A stretch of 64,000 bases of DNA from contig NZ_CANPVT010000024.1 in NCBI RefSeq assembly GCF_947581735.1, positions 52,243 through 116,242 on the forward strand, written 5' to 3'. The translations under genes and the position numbers were made by a program. Positions within the stretch are counted from its first letter, which is position 1. Every line of letters starts with the position of its first letter. This stretch comes from Candidatus Palauibacter soopunensis (GTDB taxonomy: Bacteria > Gemmatimonadota > Gemmatimonadetes > Palauibacterales > Palauibacteraceae). Positions 55,409-63,975 of this stretch are shown piece by piece. Below the pieces are notes generated by a model. It was not told the DNA's origin. It did not search any database and saw nothing but the letters and a program-made list of their open reading frames with translations.

Positions 55409-58400
55409 GCCACCTGCGTGGCGGAGTTGAACTCCACGCCGACGATCGAGGAGACGCCCGCCTCCTGCATCGTCACGCCGTAGATCCAGTCGGCGTTCTC
55501 GATGGTCCGCGGATTGTGCGTGATGACGATGAACTGCGTCTCCTCCTTGAATTCCTTCAGCATGCCGACGAACCGCAGGATGTTCGTTTCGTCCAGCGGC
55601 GCGTCGACCTCGTCCAGCAGGCAGAAGGGGCTCGGCTTCGCGAGGTAGATCGCGAACAGCAGGGCGAGCGCGGTCAGGGCCCGTTCACCGCCGGAAAGCA
55701 GGTGGATCCGCTGCGTCTTCTTGCCGCGGGGGCTGGCGGAGATCTCGATCGGGGAATCCAGGGCGTCGTCGGGATTCTCGAACCGCAGGTCGCACTGTCC
55801 GCCCTCGAACAGGGAGTCGAAGGTGCGGTGGAAGTTCGTCCTCACCTGCTCGAACGTCTCCATGAGCGCGGAGGTCGCCTCCCGGTTGATCCGGCGGATC
55901 GAGGTGCGGAGGTCGTCGCGCGCGCGGGTCAGGTCGTCGCGCTGTCCGGTCAGGAATTCGAGACGCTTCTGTTCTTCCTCGTATTCCTGCTGCGCGAGAA
56001 GATTGACGGCGCCGATGCGGGCGATCGAGCGCCGCACGCGCTCCAGCTCGGGTTCCCATTCGGCGGGGTCCGCATCGTCGACGGGGTCGACGCGCTCCCG
56101 GAGTTCCGCGAGCGGCGCGTCCCACTCCGCCTCGACGCGGCCCCGAATCGCGGACTCCAGGGCCTCGAGTTGCGTAATCTCCAGTTCGAGCTGATGCCGG
56201 GCGTCCACGCGCTCGCGCTCGCGCCGCCGCGCCTCGCTCAGTTCCGACTCGAGCCGGTCCAGTTGTCCGCGGCGTTCGGTGATTCGTCGCTCCAGCGCGG
56301 CGAGGTCCGCTTCGTGCCGCGTCCTGGTTTCGAGCGCGGCGCCGATGGACGCCTCCACTTCCTCCGACTGCGCCCGGCTGTCGGCGATCACCGCCTGAAG
56401 CCCGTCCACTTCCCGCACCAGCGTCCGCGACCGCTCCTCCGCGTCGTCCGCGGCCTCGGCGAGGCGGCTCTCCACGCCGCGTCGATTCTCGACCTCGGCT
56501 TCCCGCCGCGCCTGCGCCAGCTCCGCGTTGTGCAGTTCGGCTTTCCCCGCTTCGGCGGCCGCGCGGGCGACACCGGCCTCCTTTCGTGCCTCCTCGTACG
56601 CGGAGGACAACCGCGAGACCTTCCGGTCGAGGTCGCCGCCGCGGGCGTCGTCGTCCGCCGAGAGCGACACCTCATCCTCGCTGAACGCTTCGAGTTGTTC
56701 GATGCGGCCGGCGAGTTCGCGACGCTCCTCGTCCAGCCGGACGAGCCGCGCCTCCGCGGAGGTCCGGTCGGCTTCGGCTTCGCGGCGGGTCGACTCCGCA
56801 TCGGACACCGAGCGCTGCAGCGCGTCCACCTGCGTGAGCGCCTCGGCGGCTCCGGCCCCCAACGCCTCCACGTCCTCCCGCGACCGCGCGCGATCCTCCT
56901 CCAGCGCCTCCACTTCCTCGCGCAGAGCCCGGAGTTCGGCCCGCCGGCTCAGGAGTCCCTCCGAGGTGGCGCCTCCCAGGTAGACCCCGCCCCACCGATC
57001 CTGGCGCCGCCCCTCCGGGTCCACCCAGGGGTGCGGGCGCGGCGTCAAGTCGCCTGCCGGGGGGGCCGCGATGCCCGCGAGCAGCGCCTCCACCCAGACG
57101 GCGCCGGCCCCTTTCGCGTCAACGTGTCGCAGGAGCGGCGCGTCGGCCTCCGCCGGCCCCGGGAGCGGGCCCGGATCGAGCGGGAGCACGAGGATGCCTT
57201 CCTCTCCGTCGCGCCGTTCGAGCCACGCCTCGACCGCGCGGACCGCGGACCAGTCGCGCACGACGACCGCGTGCAGGTACGGGCCGAGATGAGACTCGAC
57301 CGCGGATGCCCACGGAGCGGATACCTCCATGAACTCCGACAGCGCGCCGTGAAGCCCGGGGATCGCGCTCCGGTCCTTCAGCAGCCGGGCGACGGCGTCG
57401 GGGAGCAGGGCGCTCGACCCCACCAGGGAACCGAGACTCGAGGTGCGGGCGCGCGCCGTGGCGAGGCGGCCCTCGAGGTCGGCCGCCTCCTCGCGGGCCC
57501 GACGCAGCGCTCCGTCCGCGGAGGAGGCGGCGTCACGCGCCGCCTCCAGCCGTTCGCGCGCTTCCTCCAGCGTCCGGCCCGCCTGCGCCTCGCGTTCCGA
57601 CGCACTCTCCGCCTCCGTTCGAAGCCCGTCCTCCTGGGCGGCCAGCGCATCGAGGGCGGGCCGTCGCCGCTCGAGTTCCTCGCTGCGGTCGCGGGCCCGC
57701 ACTTCCTTCACGCTGAGTTCGATCCTCCAGCGCTCCACCTCGCGGTGCGCCTCTTCGAGCGCTTCCCTCGCGTCAGCGCGCTCGCGCGCGGCAGCATCGG
57801 CCGTCTCGGCCAGGGTCTCCGCGTGACGCTCGAGTCGAGCCGCCGCGGCGGCGCCCTCGGCGGCGAGCGACTGCCCCTCCTTCAGGGCCAACCGTGCTTC
57901 CGCCACGCGCTCACGGAGGTCCTCGCGCCGGCGTTTGTTTCGGCGCACTTCCTCCTCGAGGGTCCCCAGCCGGTCGCGCGCGCTCGAAGCTCTCGCCTCG
58001 GCAAGGAGGCGGGTCCGTTCCTGCTCCTCCACGGCGCGCCGGGCCTCCTCGAGGCGCCGCGCGAGACCGGCCCGTTCCCGCTCCATGTCGGTGTACTCCA
58101 GGCGAAGCGTCTCCGCCCGGGTCTCCGCCGTACCCAGATCCACGTGATCCGGCCCCGTGTCCGGCTCGAGGCGCTCGAGTTCCGCCCGTGCCTCGGCCAG
58201 CCGACCGGTCGTCTCCTCGAGCTTGGCGTCCGCGACCGCGACCTCGAGTTGCAGGAGCCGGGCTCGCAGCGTCGCGTGCCGCTCCGCCCGTCCGCGCTGC
58301 TGCGCGAGCGAGCGGACCTTCGACCCCACCTCGACCAGCACGTCATCGAGCCGCTGCAGATCGCTGTCCGCCTGTTCGAGCCGGCGGGTCGCGATCCGGC

Positions 58401-58920
58401 GGCGGTCCTTGTAGCGGCCGATGCCGGCCGCTTCCTCGAACAGCGTGCGGCGCTCCTCGGCGCGGTCCGAGAGGATCGCGTCGACCATGCGGCCCTCGAT
58501 CATCGCGTAGGCGTTCGAGCCCAGCCCGGTGTCCCGGCACAGATCCAGGATGTCCTTGAGCCGGCAGGCCGTTCCGTTGAGCGTGTATTCGCTCTCGCCT
58601 CCGCGGTAGACCGTGCGGCCGATGGCGACGTCGGCGTAGGGCACCGGGAGCACGCCGTCCTCGTTCGAGAGTTCGAGCAGGACTTCGGCCCGGTGGATGG
58701 GCTGCCGCGCCTCCGTGCCCCCGAAGATCGCCTCCTCCATGCGGGACCCGCGGATGGCGGTGGGACGCTGTTCGCCCAGAACCCAGCGCAGCGCGTCGGA
58801 GAGGTTCGATTTTCCGCAGCCGTTCGGGCCGACGACGGCGGTGATGCCGTCGTGCAATTCAATCCGCGTCCGGTCGGCGAACGACTTGAATCCGCGCAGC
58901 GTCAGAGCCTTGATCTTCAC
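55405..58920 (-). CDS. smc: Chromosome segregation protein SMC
   Basis: 1171 aa. Walker A VVGPNGCGKSNLSDAL, long coiled coils flanking a hinge, signature LSGGERALTALALLFA and Walker B FCLLDEVDAPLD. Confidence 0.95.
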   Translation of the reverse strand: MKIKALTLRGFKSFADRTRIELHDGITAVVGPNGCGKSNLSDALRWVLGEQRPTAIRGSRMEEAIFGGTEARQPIHRAEVLLELSNEDGVLPVPYADVAIGRTVYRGGESEYTLNGTACRLKDILDLCRDTGLGSNAYAMIEGRMVDAILSDRAEERRTLFEEAAGIGRYKDRRRIATRRLEQADSDLQRLDDVLVEVGSKVRSLAQQRGRAERHATLRARLLQLEVAVADAKLEETTGRLAEARAELERLEPDTGPDHVDLGTAETRAETLRLEYTDMERERAGLARRLEEARRAVEEQERTRLLAEARASSARDRLGTLEEEVRRNKRRREDLRERVAEARLALKEGQSLAAEGAAAAARLERHAETLAETADAAARERADAREALEEAHREVERWRIELSVKEVRARDRSEELERRRPALDALAAQEDGLRTEAESASEREAQAGRTLEEARERLEAARDAASSADGALRRAREEAADLEGRLATARARTSSLGSLVGSSALLPDAVARLLKDRSAIPGLHGALSEFMEVSAPWASAVESHLGPYLHAVVVRDWSAVRAVEAWLERRDGEEGILVLPLDPGPLPGPAEADAPLLRHVDAKGAGAVWVEALLAGIAAPPAGDLTPRPHPWVDPEGRRQDRWGGVYLGGATSEGLLSRRAELRALREEVEALEEDRARSREDVEALGAGAAEALTQVDALQRSVSDAESTRREAEADRTSAEARLVRLDEERRELAGRIEQLEAFSEDEVSLSADDDARGGDLDRKVSRLSSAYEEARKEAGVARAAAEAGKAELHNAELAQARREAEVENRRGVESRLAEAADDAEERSRTLVREVDGLQAVIADSRAQSEEVEASIGAALETRTRHEADLAALERRITERRGQLDRLESELSEARRRERERVDARHQLELEITQLEALESAIRGRVEAEWDAPLAELRERVDPVDDADPAEWEPELERVRRSIARIGAVNLLAQQEYEEEQKRLEFLTGQRDDLTRARDDLRTSIRRINREATSALMETFEQVRTNFHRTFDSLFEGGQCDLRFENPDDALDSPIEISASPRGKKTQRIHLLSGGERALTALALLFAIYLAKPSPFCLLDEVDAPLDETNILRFVGMLKEFKEETQFIVITHNPRTIENADWIYGVTMQEAGVSSIVGVEFNSATQVA

Positions 58921-58926
58921 GCGCGC

Positions 58927-60486
58927 TCAGGGGGTTGAAGGGGCGGCGGCGCCGCGCCTCGTGGTGAGCGTCGCGATTTCGCCGGCGGCGTCCAGGGCAT
59001 CGCTCATCGGGGCGGCCGCCTCCTCGTTCTCGTACGCGCCGCCATATACCCGGAAGACGGGCATGCCGTCGAGCGTCGTCTCCAGGCTGTAGGCGGGGAT
59101 GCCGAGCGATGCGAGTTCGGCAATCCGCGCCTCCATCGCCGGGCGATCCGTGAACACGCCGAGATCGTAGGCGAGGCTCACGGGACGGAGGAGCCATGTA
59201 TTCGCCTCCTCGGCCACGCCGGCCGCCACAAGTTCGTCCATGAGGACGGAAGCCTCCGCCTCGCTCGCGACGGCGCCGGCGAGGATCCGTTGATACCGAA
59301 CCTCCCGAATCGTCGTGGGAGCCATGAAGTACAGCACGCCTCCGTGAAGCGCGCGGATTTCCGCCACGCGCTCCGACGCCTCGGCCGGATCCACGAAGCT
59401 CCCCAGGAGCACGGAGTACGGTCGCTCGGCGGCCGATTCGAACGCGGCGGCGACCGCGGTGTCATCCGGCGGCTGCGGGGTGGAGGCCGGCGCGGCGACG
59501 TCCGCCGGAGCCGCCGGGGTGCCCCCGTCCTCGGCCACCGGACTCCCATCTTCGGCGGCCGGACTCCCATCCTCGGCGACCGGGTCCCCAGCCTCGGCAA
59601 CCGGGCCATCCTCGACGGGCGTCGTCACCGCCGCCGGAGCCTCGTCCGAACCCCCGATCATCGACCCGACACGGGAAATCGCGCGGTCGAACCACCCGTT
59701 CCGGTACGCCCACCCATTCCCGACCACCAACGCCGCGATGACCAGCGCCGCGACGAGCGGCCCGCGCGGGCGGCGGCTCGGGGTCTTTCCGGGCGTCGGC
59801 CGCGCATCCGCCTGAGCTGTGTCCGCCGGAGCCGCGTCGGGCTCGGGCTCCGGGGCCGGCTCGAGCGCGGGTTCCGGTAGGGGCTCGGGTTCCGGTAGGG
59901 GTTCGGCCTCCTCTTCCACGGGCTCCGCGGGGGGGGCCACCCGCAGATCGCTCGACTCGAAGGGCACGTGGCCGTAGCAGCGCAGGCCGTGATCCTCGTC
60001 GGGGACCCTTCCCACGGCGATGTACCCGTCGAGAAGATCGAGCAGACCCGGGGAGGGCCGTCCGCGTTCGGACATGACGATGAAGAGCGTCCCGTCCTGC
60101 TCCTTCACGCGAGCAACGAAGCGCCCGAGCGCGGGGGATTCCAGCAGACCGACGACGCCTTCCGGCACCTGTCCCGCCGGGAGATAAACGTAGGGACAAT
60201 CCGCGCGCCGCACGGCTACCCGGGCCAGCGCGGACTGCCCCGCGAGGAACTCCGCCATGCCGCGGGAGTCGGCCCGTTCGGCCGCGCCGGCCAGCTCATC
60301 GAGGGGCGATGGCTCCGTTTCGGAGTTCAGGACGAGCGTCCGTCCCCGGCGGCGGGCGAAGGAGGTCGCGATCGCGTCAACCGCCGTCGCGCTCCTCTCG
60401 GCCTCCGAGCGCTCGAACACGAGCGCCACGACCCGCGCATCCCCGGGCAGTTCCCACGTGAACGGGGCCGGGGCGCCGCTGCTCAC
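58927..60486 (-). CDS. Bitopic membrane protein: degenerate P-loop-NTPase-like cytoplasmic domain + Pro/acidic linker + TM + two C-terminal SPOR repeats
   Basis: TM segment LVAALVIAALVVGNGW. SPOR-like units are YSVLLGSFVDPAEASERVAEI...YQRILAGAVASEAEA and AYDLGVFTDRPAMEARIAEL...VFRVYGGAYENEEAA. The GTG at 60486 overlaps the upstream stop as GTGA. The N-terminal domain assignment is by eye (see findings). Confidence 0.7.
   Translation of the reverse strand: MSSGAPAPFTWELPGDARVVALVFERSEAERSATAVDAIATSFARRRGRTLVLNSETEPSPLDELAGAAERADSRGMAEFLAGQSALARVAVRRADCPYVYLPAGQVPEGVVGLLESPALGRFVARVKEQDGTLFIVMSERGRPSPGLLDLLDGYIAVGRVPDEDHGLRCYGHVPFESSDLRVAPPAEPVEEEAEPLPEPEPLPEPALEPAPEPEPDAAPADTAQADARPTPGKTPSRRPRGPLVAALVIAALVVGNGWAYRNGWFDRAISRVGSMIGGSDEAPAAVTTPVEDGPVAEAGDPVAEDGSPAAEDGSPVAEDGGTPAAPADVAAPASTPQPPDDTAVAAAFESAAERPYSVLLGSFVDPAEASERVAEIRALHGGVLYFMAPTTIREVRYQRILAGAVASEAEASVLMDELVAAGVAEEANTWLLRPVSLAYDLGVFTDRPAMEARIAELASLGIPAYSLETTLDGMPVFRVYGGAYENEEAAAPMSDALDAAGEIATLTTRRGAAAPSTP
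59531..59611 (-). repeat. In-frame 21-nt tandem repeats (about 3.8 units) in the periplasmic linker of the SPOR protein
   Basis: Plus-strand units TCGGC(C/G/A)(A/G)CCGG(A/G)(C/T)(T/C)CCCA.. start at 59531, 59552, 59573 and 59594. They encode PVAEDGS/PAAEDGS heptads. Confidence 0.75.
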
Positions 60487-62075
60487 GGGCCTCGCCTCCT
60501 CGCCTGATCTCCCTCCTCGTGAACCCACGCGTCGATCCCCCTCTCCCGCCTCAACTCGAGCGCCGCCTCCTCCGCATCGGGGCGCGTCTCATACGGGCCC
60601 ACCAGGAGCCGATACCAGATGTCGCTCGCTTCGTCCACCCGGCGCAACACGTGCGTCGCATAGCCCGAGCCGTCGAGGAGTTGGCGGGTCGGTCCGAGCT
60701 CGGCCAATTGCCGCGAGGAGAGGGCGACCGCGTAGAAGCCGCCGGGAAGTTCGGGCAGCGGCGTCGCCGCCGGCTCATCCGGGACTGGTGTGACCTCCTC
60801 CCCCGCCGCCGGATCACCGGGGGGGTCCGGAGTCCCGTTCGACAGCCTTCCCACCCTCCCCACCGTCAACAGTCCGATGCGGCCGGGCGCGACGCTGTCG
60901 GCGAGCGCGTCCAGCGCCTCTTCGGCATCTTCCAGCGTGTCCTCGGGCACGACGGCGGCGGACGCGACGGGCAGGCGGCGCCCCCATCGGAACGGGAGCC
61001 ACCAGGCGTCGGCGGGGCCCTCGACGGCGGCGACGTCGCCGTCCGGGCGAAGGAGGCCGAGGCCGCTCTCCGCGGACAACAGGACCGCTCCACCCGGCAG
61101 CGCGAGCGGCAGGTCCGCCCGCCACTCTCCGGGCACCGCGTCCAGACCGGCTTCCCCCGCCCTCGCGGACCACGCGTTCGAGCCGTCCCAGGCCACGAGG
61201 CGGTCGCCAGTCATGCCGGGCCGCAGCGTCTCGAGAGGCGCCTCCGGTCGCGACGAGCCGACTTCGCGCCAGTCGTAGCGATCGATGACGACGAAACGCG
61301 GCCGGTCGACCGACGCCGCGAACACGCGGTGCTGCGAGGGAGAGATGGCCAGGGCCGACGGCGCGCCGCCGATCTCCGCCCCTTCGGCCGGCTCGAGTTC
61401 GGGAATCGACCACTCCGTGAGTCCCCGGCCATCCTCGGACGCCGTCACGATCGTCCGACCCCAGCCGGCGAGCGTGACGGGGCCTCTCGCGCCGACGGCC
61501 CGCGTCGTCGCGGGCCGCGATTCCCCGGCTTCCCATACCGCGAGTTCAGGTCCGTCCGCGCCTTCGACGAGGGCGACGACCCGGTCGCCGGCGGCGGGGG
61601 CCGCCCAGAGCACGACGCCGTCGGCCGCGACCTCCGCAGCGTCGGTGGCGGTGATGGCGAGAATCCGCTCGCCCGACACGAACGCGCCCCCCTGGGGCGA
61701 GGCGATCCAGCGCGCGTCGGCGGGCGCGTCGGGAAGCGGGGTCTCGGCCTCCACCGGCGACGTCGTGTAGAGGCGAAGCTGCCGCCCCCGCCGCAGCACG
61801 ACCGCCGAACCGAGGGAATGGGCCGCCGTGACGCCTCCCAGCGACAGGCGTCCGGTCCAGCGCACGGTGGACGGACTCTCGATCGAGCGGAACTGCGCGA
61901 CTCCGCCGTCGCGCGGAATGACGAGAAGCCCGTACCGGTCGAGCGACGAGCCGGAGACGAGGGTCGGGCCTTCGAGGGGGGCGGGCTGATCTTCCGGGGG
62001 GCTGCCGCAGGCGCCCGAAGCGCCCCCGATGCCGAGCACGAGAAGGAGCGCCACCGGCAACTGCGCATGATTCAT
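60483..62075 (-). CDS. Lipoprotein with large beta-rich repeat region and a C-terminal SPOR domain
   Basis: The ATG at 62075 gives MNHAQLPVALLLVLGIGGASGACGS (lipobox-like ASGAC). The C-terminal GGFYAVALSSRQLAELGPTRQLLDGSGYATHVLRRVDEASDIWYRLLVGPYETRPDAEEAALELR is SPOR-like. The track ORF start (62492) overlaps rsfS and is rejected. Confidence 0.65.
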   Translation of the reverse strand: MNHAQLPVALLLVLGIGGASGACGSPPEDQPAPLEGPTLVSGSSLDRYGLLVIPRDGGVAQFRSIESPSTVRWTGRLSLGGVTAAHSLGSAVVLRRGRQLRLYTTSPVEAETPLPDAPADARWIASPQGGAFVSGERILAITATDAAEVAADGVVLWAAPAAGDRVVALVEGADGPELAVWEAGESRPATTRAVGARGPVTLAGWGRTIVTASEDGRGLTEWSIPELEPAEGAEIGGAPSALAISPSQHRVFAASVDRPRFVVIDRYDWREVGSSRPEAPLETLRPGMTGDRLVAWDGSNAWSARAGEAGLDAVPGEWRADLPLALPGGAVLLSAESGLGLLRPDGDVAAVEGPADAWWLPFRWGRRLPVASAAVVPEDTLEDAEEALDALADSVAPGRIGLLTVGRVGRLSNGTPDPPGDPAAGEEVTPVPDEPAATPLPELPGGFYAVALSSRQLAELGPTRQLLDGSGYATHVLRRVDEASDIWYRLLVGPYETRPDAEEAALELRRERGIDAWVHEEGDQARRRGP

Positions 62076-62128
62076 GGCACTCCAAGTTAGCGACGCACGT
62101 CCGGTCGCGGAACGGCCCCGAACCCGAT

Positions 62129-62524
62129 TCACTCCAGTTCGAAGAGGGGGGCGTCGCCCCACAGCCGCTCGAGCTGATAGAACTCCCTGACTTCGCCCAG
62201 GAAGACGTGCACGATGAGGCCCACGTAGTCCATCAACACCCAGCGACCCGCGTTGAGCCCTTCCACGCCGACGGGACGGAACCCGTCCGCGCGCGTTCGA
62301 TCGAGGATGTTCTCGCTGATCGCGCGGGCGTGCGTGTCGGAGTCGCCCGTCGCGATGACGAAGAAGTCGGTGACGTCCGACAGCCCCCGCAGGTCGAGGA
62401 TCGTCGGGAAGCGCGCGTTTCGCTCGAGCGCGGCCTCCGCCGCGCTGCGGAGTTCCGGGGAAGGCGTCCCCCGTTCCGAGAGCCGGCGCCACACTTCCTC
62501 CAGCGGGAGCGGACCGTCCGTCAT
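62129..62524 (-). CDS. rsfS: Ribosome silencing factor RsfS (iojap family)
   Basis: DFFVIATGDSDTHARAISENI...WVLMDYVGLIVHVFLGEVREFYQLERLWGDAP. Confidence 0.9.
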   Translation of the reverse strand: MTDGPLPLEEVWRRLSERGTPSPELRSAAEAALERNARFPTILDLRGLSDVTDFFVIATGDSDTHARAISENILDRTRADGFRPVGVEGLNAGRWVLMDYVGLIVHVFLGEVREFYQLERLWGDAPLFELE

Positions 62525-62537
62525 CGGTGGCGGACCG

Positions 62538-62987
62538 CTATTCCTCGGCGACCACGGACACCTTGATCACGGGCTCGACGTCCATGTGGACTCTCACCGG
62601 GACTTCGTGGTCGCCGAGGTCCTTGATCGGGTCGTCCAGCCGGATCGCGCGGCGGTCCACGGAGACGCCCTCCTTCTCCAGTTCGTCCGCGACGTCCGCG
62701 GCCGTGACCGAGCCGAACAGGCGTCCGCCCTCGCTCGCCCGGCGCACGAAGCTCAGCTCCCTGCCCTCGAGTTCGCCCGCCAGTTGCTGGGCCGCTTCGC
62801 GCTCCCGCTCGGCGGACTGTTCGATCTGGCGCCGCTCCTCCTCGAACCGCTTCCGGTTCCCCTCCGTCGCCACGAGCGCGATCCCCTGCGGAACCAGGTA
62901 GTTCCGCGCATACCCCGCCCGCACGTTCACCATCTCGCCGGCGAGGCCGAGGTCCGCGACGTCCTTTCTCAGAATCACTTCCACCAT
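62538..62987 (-). CDS. rplI: 50S ribosomal protein L9
   Basis: MVEVILRKDVADLGLAGEMVNVRAGYARNYLVPQGIA. GGAGGG lies upstream of the ATG. Confidence 0.95.
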   Translation of the reverse strand: MVEVILRKDVADLGLAGEMVNVRAGYARNYLVPQGIALVATEGNRKRFEEERRQIEQSAEREREAAQQLAGELEGRELSFVRRASEGGRLFGSVTAADVADELEKEGVSVDRRAIRLDDPIKDLGDHEVPVRVHMDVEPVIKVSVVAEE

Positions 62988-63009
62988 CGATCCCTCCAGT
63001 TTCCGGGGT

Positions 63010-63975
63010 TCACGCCCCGTCCGTTTTCACCCCCGGACGCGACCGCAGATCCAGCCACGTATCGCTGATTCCCATGACGAGGGCCGCGCCCGCCGTCACC
63101 GGGTAGAGGATCAGCGCCGCGAGCACCCACGCGCCGATCGCCCAGCCCGAGCTTAGCACGGAAGCCCCCAGCCACACGAGCACCGCAAGGCCTCGGAGCA
63201 GATAGAGGCCGCCCATCACCGTCACCATGTTGCCGCCCGCGCGGTCCGCCCACGCCCCCGCGGGGAGGACCAGCAGCGCGAGCCCCAGGACGAGCACCCA
63301 CGCCAGGTGGTCGCCGAACCGGAACTCCCGCAGCGGCGGAAGCGGTCTCGGTTCTCCCCGGACTCGCCCGACGATGTAGCCGACGACCCCGAGGGCCGAG
63401 AGCGAAGCGAGCGCGAGCAGGGCCGGGTAGACGGCTGCCCAGGCGCTCGCGATGCCGCGCACCGTCGCTTCCACCGACCGGCCGCCCCACGCGTTGAAGT
63501 CGTACCCGGCCAGCGCCGCGCTGAACTGCGCCGTGATCCGCCAGTCGAGATCCGCGGGAAGCCCGGGTCGCAGCACGGCGAGGGCCGCGACCGTGGCTCC
63601 GGCGATCGCGACCGCCGCCAGCGACCGGTCGAACAACCCCCGGCCCGGCGCCAGTGCCGTGCCGAGGGCGAACCCGCCGGCCAGGAGCAGCGCCCACCCG
63701 CGTTCCATGAACCACAGTGGCTCCGCCTCCCGAAACCCGAGCCCGGCTCCGGCCAGGAGCAGCAGCGCCAGAGCGGCCGACCCGGACTGGGGCGGTTCGA
63801 AGGTCAGAATCGCCACGGCCGCGGGCACGCCGACGATGGCCATGAGCCCGAGCGGCGACGAACTCAGCGGCGACAGCAGCATGACCAGCAAGAGGAGACC
63901 CGCGGCCGGCCAGAGACCGCGCCAGCGTTCCCTCAGCCGTTCCCTCAGCGGCCCCGCGGCGGGCCCGGGCCCCAC
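63010..63975 (-). CDS. Polytopic membrane protein, DUF2232/YybS-like
   Basis: About 8 hydrophobic segments, in a position immediately upstream of rplI as for yybS in Bacillus. The GTG start is uncertain, and the family call rests on topology and synteny only. Confidence 0.5.
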   Translation of the reverse strand: MGPGPAAGPLRERLRERWRGLWPAAGLLLLVMLLSPLSSSPLGLMAIVGVPAAVAILTFEPPQSGSAALALLLLAGAGLGFREAEPLWFMERGWALLLAGGFALGTALAPGRGLFDRSLAAVAIAGATVAALAVLRPGLPADLDWRITAQFSAALAGYDFNAWGGRSVEATVRGIASAWAAVYPALLALASLSALGVVGYIVGRVRGEPRPLPPLREFRFGDHLAWVLVLGLALLVLPAGAWADRAGGNMVTVMGGLYLLRGLAVLVWLGASVLSSGWAIGAWVLAALILYPVTAGAALVMGISDTWLDLRSRPGVKTDGA

